Positions 45,126 to 54,134 of a stretch of DNA of 64,000 nucleotides are shown here, piece after piece. Within the stretch, counting starts at the first letter, position 1. Each line of letters begins with the position of its first letter. Where the stretch lies: positions 534 through 64,533 of the forward strand of contig JBGQCJ010000007.1 of assembly GCA_041495285.1 (NCBI GenBank), given 5' to 3'. The position numbers were made by a program, and so were the translations under genes. The notes below the pieces were generated by a model. That model made no database searches and was not told where the DNA came from. It was given only the letters and a program-made list of their open reading frames with translations. The stretch is from Verrucomicrobiia bacterium (GTDB lineage Bacteria; Verrucomicrobiota; Verrucomicrobiia; Palsa-1439).

Positions 45126-48100
45126 GTGAGAAAGGAAACTATGAAAAATATTTCGTATCGGCTCTTGTTGGTTGGAATGCTACTCTTTGGCAGCAACGTC
45201 GAAGGTGTGCTGACGACGAACAGTTGGTTTCTCTTCGGCGGGAAGTGGGAAGATGGCACAAAGTGGTCGGCGGGCTCCCCGTCCCTCTTAAATGCTGTAA
45301 ACACTATCACCAACGATTTGTCGGCCATCACCGTCACCATCGACACCACCACGGTGACTCAGCACGTGATGGCCCTTACCAGCCTGACCGTCAGCAACCT
45401 CTTTCTCGGGCGCGGCTCGGTCATTACGCATACGCTGTTCATGAATAACGCCAACAATACCCCCGGCAACATCGGCCTGACCATCCTGAGCAACTTCACT
45501 ATCAACGCCACCGGCATCCTCTCGATCACCAACTCCGACTTGCGGGTCACGAATCCGACCGGCGGGTTATTCATCAACGGCACCGCGTTGCACAACTTCG
45601 GAACGATCACCTGCACCAATCTGTCCGTTGGCCGAACCGGCGTGGGCACGATGACTGTCTCCAACGGCACATTGATCACTCGCAACCTGAATGTGGCCGA
45701 GCTTTCCGGCTCGCAAGGCACGTTCAACATCGCAGGCGGGTCGGTCACGTCTCGCAATATGCTCGTGGCGCTTTCGGGCCTGACCGGCACGGTGTGGATG
45801 ACCGGCGGCCAACTCACGGTCTCTAACGAATCCACAGCTTTGGGCGACCCCGGCGTCGGCCAAATGACGGTTTCCAACGGCACATGGGCGGCGAGCATCG
45901 TCTCGGTCCGGCAAGGCACACTGACCATCGCCGGTGGGACTCACAAGTTTTATAGCCTGGCCATTGCTTCAGGCGCCAGCACACTCACCGCAGCGGTGTG
46001 GATGGTTGGTGGCAACGTCGCGATCACCAACACGACAACGGCTTTCCCCGGTTTCACCAATGGTACCGCTGTGGGCTTGAATGGTTTCGGACAAATGACG
46101 ATGTCCAACGGCACATTCTTGGGGCGCGACATGTACGTCGGCACCAACACCGGCTCGGTCGGCACATTCACGATGGCCGGCGGCACCAACACGCTGACGT
46201 CGCTTCTCAGCGTGGGCGGACTGCCCGGCGCGACTGGCGCGGTCTGGATAACCGGCGGGCGGTTCGCTGTCACCAACAACAACACGCAGATCGGGGTCAG
46301 TGGTGTGGGGCAGATTACGCTCTCCAACGGCACGTGGCTGGCGCGGGATGTGTACGTCGGCGTCAATGCCAGCTCGCGTGGCACACTCACCTATGCCGGC
46401 GGCACCAACATCCTGTCGTCGGTGCTCCAACTCGGCATCAACAGCGGCGTGACCGGCACATTATGGATGACCGATGGACGACTTGTCGTGACCAACGTTG
46501 CATCCAGCGTTATCATCGGCTCCAGTGGCGTTGGTCAAATGGCTGTGTCCAATGGCGACTGGTTGGCCCGTGAAGTTTTCATCGCGACCAACGCCGGCTC
46601 GGCCGGCACGTTGAACATCGCCGGCGGCAGCGGCCTCGTGACTTCCAACATGATCCTCGGCAACTTTGCCTGCTCTTCGACCCCCATCGTCAACATGACC
46701 GCCGGCAGCTTGATTGTGTCCAACCCCAACCCGGTCATTGCCGCGAAACTGGAAGTGCGCAGCGGCACGTTCACTCACAGCGGCGGAGATTTGGTCCTGC
46801 GCAATCTCGTGATCACGAACGCTTGCGCCCGCTTTCTGCACACCGGTGGCACGCTAAAGATCACGGGAGTACTTATCCTCGATCCCAATATGGACGCCGA
46901 TGGCGACGGGATCCCCAACAACTACGAACTGTTCAGCCCCGTTCTGTTCCAATTGAACCCGAACGATGCCGGCGAAGATCCCGACGGCGACGGGTTCACG
47001 AACTTGGAGGAATACCTGAACGGCACCGATCCGACCGTAAACGATTTCCACATCACCGCCATCGCGCGGGAAGGAAACGATATTCGGATCACGTGGGCGA
47101 CGGTCGGCGGCACGACGAATCGCGTGCTCGTGTCCACGGGCGCGGCGGGCGGATCATTCACGAACAACTTCACCAACTTGAGTCCTCGCATCTTCGTTGC
47201 CGGCACCGGTGCAACCAGCACCAATTACCTCGACAGCGGCGGCGCGACCAACACGCCGGCGCGCTACTACCGCGTGCGGCGGAGTCTCGAGCCAGGCGGG
47301 GCGCGTTTCCTCTTCGACGCCGGCCACGCCCAGAGCGCCGGCAACGCGGATTGGGTCGTCGATGCCGACGTTCGCAACATCGTCTGGAACAGCTCGGGCA
47401 CGTTCACGACCGGTGGCAGCGACTCCAATGCGCAGCGCATCCCGACGCCGCCGGCCAGCGGAATCATTTCCAGCACGCCGGAGACGTATTGGGACGGCGG
47501 AATCTCCGCGTGGGCGGTGGACCTCGTCAAGCGCGGCCATTCCGTCGAGACACTGCCGGCAGGCGTGCAGTTCACCTACGGCACGGCCAACGCGCAAGAC
47601 TTGAGCAACAACTACGATGTCGTGGTCGTGGACGAGCCGAACATTCTGTTCACGCTCGTCGAGAAACAGGCGCTGCTCAGCTTCGTTACAAACGGCGGCA
47701 GTCTGTTCATGATTTCCGACCACACCAGCTCGGATCGAAATAGCGATGGCGTAGACTCGCCTGAAATCTGGATGGATTTTCTTACGAACAATCTGGTCGC
47801 GAACAATCCGTTCGGCATCGTGTTTCCGTCCTCGAGCGCGAGCGGGACAAACACGTTCAATCACAATATCGTCGGTGACCCGATCCTGAACGGCCCGGTC
47901 GGGCTGGCGACGAACACCGCCTATTTCGCCGGCAACCGATTCCAGATTGACCACACGAAGAATCCAACCGTGATCAGCCACATGTGGTTCGGCACCGCCG
48001 TCGATTCCAACAACCTGTGCGCGGTGGCCTCGTTGCGCTACGGCAATGGCCGCGTCGTGGTGGTCGGCGACAGTTCGCCGATCGAAGACGGTACGGGCGA

Positions 48101-48203
48101 CCCGGGCGATGGACTGTTCAACGGCTACACCGGCGACCTCGGCGAGACCAATCGCATTTGGATACTCAACGCCAGCGAATGGCTTGCCGCGCCCTTTCAG
48201 TGA
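45126..48203 (+). CDS. secreted paralog (1025 aa): PATR-like repeats, TSP3-like repeats and a complete copy of the shared CTD, followed by an extra ~300-aa C-terminal domain (class-I glutamine-amidotransferase/ThuA-like by inference)
   Basis: Signal peptide (MKNISYRLLLVGMLLFGSNVEG). The CTD is internal here (...ATSTNYLDSGGATNTPARYYRVRRSLEP at about aa 700) and is followed by ARFLFDAGHAQSAGNADWVVDAD...YDVVVVDEPNILFTLVEKQALLSFVTNGGSLFMISDHTS.... It starts 1 nt after the previous stop. Confidence 0.8.
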   Translation: MRKETMKNISYRLLLVGMLLFGSNVEGVLTTNSWFLFGGKWEDGTKWSAGSPSLLNAVNTITNDLSAITVTIDTTTVTQHVMALTSLTVSNLFLGRGSVITHTLFMNNANNTPGNIGLTILSNFTINATGILSITNSDLRVTNPTGGLFINGTALHNFGTITCTNLSVGRTGVGTMTVSNGTLITRNLNVAELSGSQGTFNIAGGSVTSRNMLVALSGLTGTVWMTGGQLTVSNESTALGDPGVGQMTVSNGTWAASIVSVRQGTLTIAGGTHKFYSLAIASGASTLTAAVWMVGGNVAITNTTTAFPGFTNGTAVGLNGFGQMTMSNGTFLGRDMYVGTNTGSVGTFTMAGGTNTLTSLLSVGGLPGATGAVWITGGRFAVTNNNTQIGVSGVGQITLSNGTWLARDVYVGVNASSRGTLTYAGGTNILSSVLQLGINSGVTGTLWMTDGRLVVTNVASSVIIGSSGVGQMAVSNGDWLAREVFIATNAGSAGTLNIAGGSGLVTSNMILGNFACSSTPIVNMTAGSLIVSNPNPVIAAKLEVRSGTFTHSGGDLVLRNLVITNACARFLHTGGTLKITGVLILDPNMDADGDGIPNNYELFSPVLFQLNPNDAGEDPDGDGFTNLEEYLNGTDPTVNDFHITAIAREGNDIRITWATVGGTTNRVLVSTGAAGGSFTNNFTNLSPRIFVAGTGATSTNYLDSGGATNTPARYYRVRRSLEPGGARFLFDAGHAQSAGNADWVVDADVRNIVWNSSGTFTTGGSDSNAQRIPTPPASGIISSTPETYWDGGISAWAVDLVKRGHSVETLPAGVQFTYGTANAQDLSNNYDVVVVDEPNILFTLVEKQALLSFVTNGGSLFMISDHTSSDRNSDGVDSPEIWMDFLTNNLVANNPFGIVFPSSSASGTNTFNHNIVGDPILNGPVGLATNTAYFAGNRFQIDHTKNPTVISHMWFGTAVDSNNLCAVASLRYGNGRVVVVGDSSPIEDGTGDPGDGLFNGYTGDLGETNRIWILNASEWLAAPFQ

Positions 48204-48221
48204 GCACGGCCCGACAATTAG

Positions 48222-48344
48222 ACGACCAACTTCGCCACCATCTTCGCTGTCACCAACGTTACCGGCACTAGGACCAGCTACCTCGACGTCGGCGCCGCCA
48301 CGAATAGGCCGAGTTTCTATTATCGGGTGCGATTGGTTCCGTAG
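48222..48344 (+). pseudogene. orphan remnant of the shared C-terminal domain (last ~40 codons, no upstream gene body)
   Basis: An open frame of only 41 codons translates to TTNFATIFAVTNVTGTRTSYLDVGAATNRPSFYYRVRLVP*. This reproduces the family tail (FTNxF..TN...TSTNYLDxGGATNxPxRYYRVRL) 19 nt after the stop of 45126..48203. Confidence 0.65.
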
Positions 48345-48405
48345 GAGCGGCCTCCCGGCCGCGATCCTCTGGGCCGGTCGCGACCGGGAGGTCGTTCCTA
48401 CAACC
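48341..48405. repeat. second copy of the GC-rich palindromic element (GTAGGAGCGGCCTCCCGGCCGCGATC...GTCGTTCCTACAA)
   Basis: The 28-bp core is identical to 23052-23079. Imperfect arms GTAGGAGCGGCCTCCCGGCCGCGA and TCGCGACCGGGAGGTCGTTCCTAC. It overlaps the stop codon of the CTD remnant. Confidence 0.7.
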
Positions 48406-48446
48406 GCGTCCGCCTCGTGCCGTAGTGATGAGGGCGCCACCGATAG

Positions 48447-48908
48447 GTGCGCTGTATCCTCTCCGTTATGCGCGGGTCTTCCGACCGCGCACAAGCTCCG
48501 GGTTGTAAGACCTCGCGTTCAACGCACACGTCGAGCACATGAGACCGTCGCCGAACATTGGAGGCGAGGAGGGGATGTTTGCGTTGACTTCTGCGCTTGA
48601 TGCATAGCACTACTATGTATCGTGTCTGCTCCGGCTCGCGTAAAGACTGAAGCAGCGCAATGCATCGCTATCCGACATATCAACACGGGCAACTGTCGGC
48701 TGAGGAGCGCCACGATCTCGAACACGACGGCCTCCTCCTCGCCCTCAAACACCTCTCCCAATTCGTACCCGCAGAGTAATTGTCTCGCAGGCTATAATTT
48801 TCTTGCATTCGGGGCCGCGTTCTGGTCAACTCCGCCATTCGGAGAAACGAAGGGGCTGGCGTCACGTTTGCGTTTCCTCCTCCGTATCCCTCCAGAGTCG
48901 CAGGGCAA
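48447..48908. repeat. dispersed duplicated block, copy 2 (rearranged: block B, isomerase-tail fragment, block X), upstream of the FG-GAP/CTD gene
   Basis: See copy 1 at 38647..38951. The order of sub-blocks differs between copies. The isomerase-tail fragment here (…LLLALKHLSQFVPAE*) has no gene body. Confidence 0.7.
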
Positions 48909-49545
48909 CGATGAAGACGAAGCTGATCGCGGTGGCTTCTTGGGCCGTGTTTCTCGTATCGGCCGGGTTGGAGTATGGGTTGGAGATCGACTTTCCTCTC
49001 ATGCCGCCGGTATGGTTGGTAATAGCAGTTTGTGCTTTGATAGGTGCCACCGCCCACGCCTCAATCAGTTCCACTAACCCTTCGCGCTTCATCATCAGCG
49101 CTGACGCGCTTGCGAAAAGCTGTGCATCGCCGATGCCGTTGAAAACAGCGCCCGCTGAAGCCGAGTTTGCAAGCCGAGTTAGACGAGACGCCGCTGTCGT
49201 GTGCGGCAAACGCGGCGGTGTCGTCTCTGCCGCAATCAGCGGGCCTACAAGACACGCAGATTTTGGGGCATTCGTTGTAGGTCGCGTGCCGAGTTTGACG
49301 AGACGCGATGATGCCGCTGGCTCATCGCAAACCTCCCGCGCCGTACGGCCGGTCATCTTTCTGGGCGCCGCGACAACACGAGGGCCTCCCTGCGCCGGTG
49401 ACCAGAGTCCGCGTCTGTTTGACGGCGCGCTGGACCCCCCGGCCCCGCACTTCTGCGCCGCCCCACCTTTCTCCGAGTTCCACCTTCGCGATTCATCGTC
49501 AGCACGCAACGTTACCCCTGCAGCCAATCCCGCAGCATCACTTGC

Positions 49546-51303
49546 ATGGAGGATCAGATGAGACTTCTCATTCGCAGTACACTGACCATTGCTTTAATTG
49601 CGCTGGCGATGAGCCTACCGGGCCTAACGGCCAACGCCCAACCCGCCCAGCAAGCCTATGTCAAAGCCTCCCACACCGCAATGGGCGGGGGGCGCCTGTT
49701 CGGTTACTCGGTGGCGGTATCGAGCGACACGATGGTGATCGGGGCGGAATCGGAGAACAGCAACGCCACCGGCGTGAACGGCGACCAGGCCAACAACAAC
49801 GCACTCGGCTCCGGCGCGGCTTACGTATTCGTGCGCAGTGGAACCAACTGGAGCCAACAGGCCTATCTCAAGGCCTCCAACACCGATGCGGGTGACCACT
49901 TCGGCTGGTCGGTGGCGATGTCAGACGACACGATGGTGATCGGCGCGCCTTATGAGTCCAGCAACGCCACCGGCGTGAACGGCGTCCAGACCAACAACGG
50001 CGCTGCTTTCTTCTCTGGCGCGGTCTACGTCTTCGTGCGGAGCGGTACGAACTGGAGCCAGCAGGCCTATCTGAAGGCCTCCAACACCGATGCGAATGAC
50101 CACTTCGGCTACTCGGTGGCGGTGTCGGGCGACACGGTAGTCGTCGGGGCGGACCAGGAGGCGAGCAACGCCACCGGCGTGAACGGCGTCCAGACCAACA
50201 ACAGCGCCGGATTCTCCGGTGCGGCCTACGTCTTCGTGCGCAGTGGAACGAACTGGAGCCAACAGGCCTATCTCAAGGCCTCCAACACCGGGCTCAGTGA
50301 CCAGTTCGGCTGGTCGGTGGCGGTGTCAGGCGACACGGTAGTCGTCGGGGCGTACACGGAGTCGAGCAACGCCACCGGTGTGAATGGCGTCCAGACCAAC
50401 AATCTCGCGAGCAACTCCGGCGCGGCCTACGTGTTCGTGCGCGGCGGAACCAACTGGAGCCAGCAGGCCTATCTCAAGGCCTCTAACACCGAGTCGGACG
50501 ACAGGTTCGGTACTTCGGTGGCGGTGTCAGGCGACACGGTGGTGGTGGGCGCGTTTCAGGAGGACAGCAACGCCACCGGCGTGAACGGCGTCCAGACCAA
50601 CAACAGCCTTACCAACCCCGGCGCAGCGTATGTGTTCGTGAGGAGCGGGACGAGCTGGAGCCAGCAGGCGTATCTCAAGGCCTCCAACACCGATGGGGGT
50701 GACTGGTTCGGCATTTCCGTGGCGGTGTCAGGTGACACGGTGGTCGTTGGGGCGTACGGTGAGGACAGCAACGCCACCGGCGTGAACGGCGTCCAGACCA
50801 ACAACGTTGCAAACGGCTCCGGCTCCGGCGCGGCCTATGTGTTCGTGCGGAGCGGTACGAGCTGGAGCCAGCAGGCGTATCTCAAGGCCTCCAACACCGG
50901 TGTGGGTGACGAGTTCGGCTACTCGGTGGCGGTGTCAGGCGACACGGTGGTGGTCGGGGCCATAGATGAGGCCAGCAACGCCACCGGCGTGAACGGCAAC
51001 CAGAGCGACAACAGCGCAACCAGCTCCGGCGCGGCCTACGTCTTCACCGGCTTAGTCACCTCAACACCTCTCAGCGTCAGCAGCCTTGCGCGCGTTGGCA
51101 ACTGCATTGGCGTAACGTGGAACACCGCACCCGGCATGACCAATGAGTTGCAGGCCACCGCGTGTGGTGGGGGTTACAGCACAAACAGCTTCACCGCCAT
51201 CTTCAGCGTCACAAATGCCGTTGGTTCGGTGACCAACTATCTCGACTGTGGCTGCGTAACCAATTCCCCCTCGCGCTTCTATCGGGTTCGGCTGGTGCAG
51301 TAA
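49546..51303 (+). CDS. secreted 7-bladed FG-GAP-like beta-propeller protein with the shared C-terminal domain (585 aa)
   Basis: Signal peptide MRLLIRSTLTIALIALAMSLPGLTANA. Seven ~67-aa repeats of the form QQAYLKASNTxxxDxFGxSVAVSGDTVVVGAxxExSNATGVNGVQTNNSxxxSGAAYVFVRSGTNWS. Ends ...VTNYLDCGCVTNSPSRFYRVRLVQ*. Confidence 0.8.
   Translation: MEDQMRLLIRSTLTIALIALAMSLPGLTANAQPAQQAYVKASHTAMGGGRLFGYSVAVSSDTMVIGAESENSNATGVNGDQANNNALGSGAAYVFVRSGTNWSQQAYLKASNTDAGDHFGWSVAMSDDTMVIGAPYESSNATGVNGVQTNNGAAFFSGAVYVFVRSGTNWSQQAYLKASNTDANDHFGYSVAVSGDTVVVGADQEASNATGVNGVQTNNSAGFSGAAYVFVRSGTNWSQQAYLKASNTGLSDQFGWSVAVSGDTVVVGAYTESSNATGVNGVQTNNLASNSGAAYVFVRGGTNWSQQAYLKASNTESDDRFGTSVAVSGDTVVVGAFQEDSNATGVNGVQTNNSLTNPGAAYVFVRSGTSWSQQAYLKASNTDGGDWFGISVAVSGDTVVVGAYGEDSNATGVNGVQTNNVANGSGSGAAYVFVRSGTSWSQQAYLKASNTGVGDEFGYSVAVSGDTVVVGAIDEASNATGVNGNQSDNSATSSGAAYVFTGLVTSTPLSVSSLARVGNCIGVTWNTAPGMTNELQATACGGGYSTNSFTAIFSVTNAVGSVTNYLDCGCVTNSPSRFYRVRLVQ
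49648..51070 (+). repeat. seven near-identical tandem DNA repeats of ~201-204 bp encoding the FG-GAP-like blades
   Basis: GGCCTATCTCAAGGCCTCCAACACCG... and GGTGTCAGGCGACACGGTGGT... recur with >85% nucleotide identity at ~200-bp spacing. Confidence 0.8.
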
Positions 51304-51314
51304 CACTGGACAAT

Positions 51315-52109
51315 TCAACCGCCCAGCTTCGCATGAACGGCCATGAAACGCTCGACACGTTTTGCGTCTGCAGGATTTGACCAGAGGCCGTCGACTTTGA
51401 AGTGTGAGCCGACGATGAAGCCGTCGGCGGCGGGATAGAAGTTCGCAAGATTCTCAACAGTCACACCGGAACCGAGGATTACCGGCAAGTGGCAATGCTG
51501 CTTGGCGTCGGCGATATCGTCGAGTTGTGGCGGATCACCGGTCACCGAGCCGGTAATGATGACTGCATCGCCGCGCATGAATTCGACTGCTTCGGCTGTC
51601 GCACCGATGCCGATGTCGGCGGTGATGGCGTGCGAACTGTGTTTCTTCTTCACGTCGGCCCAGACTTGCACGCGGTCGGCACCAATCTCTTTCCGGTAGC
51701 GCAACAGTTTCGCCGCGCAAGACTGAATGAGTCCTTCGTCGGCCACGTGGGCGAACGCGAATCCTTCCGCGCGGATGAAGTCGAGTCCGGCAGCGTGAGC
51801 GACCGCCATCGCTTCGTGATTCGCGCCGGCCAGAATCTGGATGCCGCACGGCAGATCGCAGACTTCTTTCACCGCGCACGCAAGGGCAGTCATTATCGTC
51901 GTGATCTCCGGTCCGACTTCGCCCCGCAAGTACGGCGTGTCGTGCATGTTTTCGATGGCGACACCGTGAACGCCACTATCCCGGTAAATCTTGGTCTCGC
52001 GTACCGCCTTCGCCTCGATCTCGCGCACGCTCAACCGACTCGCGGGCGTGCCGGGTAGCGCCTCGACGTGAATCATTCCAATCACCGGCTTCTTGGAGGA
52101 GAAAAGCAT
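51315..52109 (-). CDS. BtpA/SgcQ-family TIM-barrel protein
   Basis: Start at ATG 52109 (MLFSSKKPVIGMIHVEALPGTP...). MIHVEALPG and VHGVAIENMHDTPY are BtpA-family signatures (PF03437-like). The 400-aa ORF upstream of this Met is Arg/Gln-rich noise. Confidence 0.7.
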   Translation of the reverse strand: MLFSSKKPVIGMIHVEALPGTPASRLSVREIEAKAVRETKIYRDSGVHGVAIENMHDTPYLRGEVGPEITTIMTALACAVKEVCDLPCGIQILAGANHEAMAVAHAAGLDFIRAEGFAFAHVADEGLIQSCAAKLLRYRKEIGADRVQVWADVKKKHSSHAITADIGIGATAEAVEFMRGDAVIITGSVTGDPPQLDDIADAKQHCHLPVILGSGVTVENLANFYPAADGFIVGSHFKVDGLWSNPADAKRVERFMAVHAKLGG

Positions 52110-52277
52110 TGCGGGATTATAGCCATCCGTCCACACAAGCCAAGCCTTTGACCGGCAAACTCTAATCTGGAGGGCCACGCTCCGTCGTGGCCGCATCCCG
52201 TTCACGGACGCGACGGAGCGCGTCCCTCCAAACCTCCGGAACAGTTTTATCCCTTGTGACCGAGCGCGCATCATGCT

Positions 52278-54134
52278 TTGCTTTTGGGTATGGCGAGAGA
52301 GACGAACGATTCGGCAACCGGCCAGTCCAACTGGGATGTGACGCGGCGACTGTTGGCGCTGACGTGGCGTTACCGGGCGGGCTGCGTCAAGGTGTTCGTT
52401 TATCAGTTGGTGTTGCTCGTGATGGGGCTTACCGTGCTCGGGTTGACCGGCCTCGGCATTGATTTCATTCGCCACCAGTTGGACCCGACCGCCCCCGCGC
52501 CATACTGGCCGTTTCATCTGGTGCCGCCGGCGGATTGGTCGCCGATGAGGGTCATCACCGTGATAGCGGGCGTGATGTTATTGCTGGCGCTGGTGCGGGC
52601 GTGGTTGAATTATCTTTACGCCGTCAAGAGCGCGGAGTTGATCGAGCAAGACATCGTCGTCGAGTTGCGCTCGCAAGTGTACGACAAACTCCAGCGGCTG
52701 AGCTTTCAGTTCTTCGACGCCAACGCCAGCGGTTCGATCATCAACCGCATCACCGGCGACTCGCGCGCCGTCGCCAACTTTGTCAACAACGCCATGCTAC
52801 AGGGCATCATTATGTTTCTGTCGCTGGCCGTGTACCTCAGTTACATGCTGGCCATTCACGCGAAACTCACGCTCGCGTGTCTCGCCACGACACCATTCCT
52901 GTGGTTGACCGCGACGATTTTCTCGCGGCTTGTCCAACCGGCCTACATGCGCAACCGGGAGTTGTCGGACCGGATGGTGCTCACGCTCGCCGAAACCGTG
53001 CAAGGCATGCAGACAATCAAAGGCTTCGCGCGCGAGCGTGAACAGTTCGAACTGTTTCAATCCGAGAACCACGCGGTACGCGATCAGCAGCAATCCATTT
53101 TCCGCCGCGTCAGTGTGTTCGTGCCGTCCATCGGTTTCTTCACGCAGGTCAATATCTTCGTGCTGCTGCTCTACGGCGGCCATCTCGTCATTAATGGAAC
53201 ATTGCCACTCGGCACCGGCATGATTGTGTTCGCGGGACTGCTCCAACAATTCTCCGGACAAATCTCCAACGTCGCGCAGATCGCCAACACCGTGCAGCAG
53301 AGTCTGACCGGTGCGCGCCGCGTGTTCGAGGTGCTCGACACGCCGGTCACCATCCTGAACACGACGAATCCAGCGCCGTTGCGTCGCGCCAAAGGTGCCG
53401 TGCGATTCGAAGGCGTCACCTTCGCCTACAACTCGTCCGAGCCGGTACTGCAAGACATCACGTTCGAAACTCGTCCCGGCGAGTGTGTGGCAATTCTCGG
53501 TGCGACCGGTGCTGGTAAGACGACGTTGCTGAGTTTGATTCCGCGCTTTTACGACCCGACGCGAGGTCGCGTGTTGGTGGACGGCACGGACGTGCGCGCG
53601 CTCGATCTCGACGATCTGCGTCGCAACATCGGCTTGGTGTTTCAGGAAAGTTTCTTTTTCAGCAACACCGTCGCGGCGAACATCGCGTTCGGCCATCCCA
53701 ACGCGACTCGCGAGGAGATCGAACGCGCCGCGAAGATTGCTTGCGCGCACGAGTTCATCACTGAGTTGCCGCAAGGGTACGACACGGTGCTGGGTGAAGC
53801 CGGCAAGGATTTGTCGGGCGGTCAACGGCAGCGGCTCGCCATCGCGCGCGCGATTCTGCTCGATCCGGCCATTCTGCTGCTCGATGATCCGACCGCGTCG
53901 GTTGACCCGCAAACGGAAACGGAGATTTTGCAGGCGATTGAGAATGCGATGCGTGGGCGCACGACGTTGATCATCGCGCACCGGGTGAGCACCGCGCGCC
54001 GCGCCAACCGGGTCATCGTGCTGGAGCAGGGGCGCATCGTGCAGGTCGGCACGCACGCGGAGCTGATTCGCATCAACGGCCCGTACCGGCGTGCGGCGGA
54101 GCTGCAGTTTTCAGAACCGGAGCCCGTGGCATGA
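52278..54134 (+). CDS. ABC exporter, fused permease/ATPase subunit (MsbA-like), first of a heterodimeric pair
   Basis: Six-TM domain followed by an NBD: Walker A GATGAGKTT, signature LSGGQRQRLAIARA, Walker B ILLLDDPTASVD, H-loop IAHR. Confidence 0.85.
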   Translation: MLLGMARETNDSATGQSNWDVTRRLLALTWRYRAGCVKVFVYQLVLLVMGLTVLGLTGLGIDFIRHQLDPTAPAPYWPFHLVPPADWSPMRVITVIAGVMLLLALVRAWLNYLYAVKSAELIEQDIVVELRSQVYDKLQRLSFQFFDANASGSIINRITGDSRAVANFVNNAMLQGIIMFLSLAVYLSYMLAIHAKLTLACLATTPFLWLTATIFSRLVQPAYMRNRELSDRMVLTLAETVQGMQTIKGFAREREQFELFQSENHAVRDQQQSIFRRVSVFVPSIGFFTQVNIFVLLLYGGHLVINGTLPLGTGMIVFAGLLQQFSGQISNVAQIANTVQQSLTGARRVFEVLDTPVTILNTTNPAPLRRAKGAVRFEGVTFAYNSSEPVLQDITFETRPGECVAILGATGAGKTTLLSLIPRFYDPTRGRVLVDGTDVRALDLDDLRRNIGLVFQESFFFSNTVAANIAFGHPNATREEIERAAKIACAHEFITELPQGYDTVLGEAGKDLSGGQRQRLAIARAILLDPAILLLDDPTASVDPQTETEILQAIENAMRGRTTLIIAHRVSTARRANRVIVLEQGRIVQVGTHAELIRINGPYRRAAELQFSEPEPVA

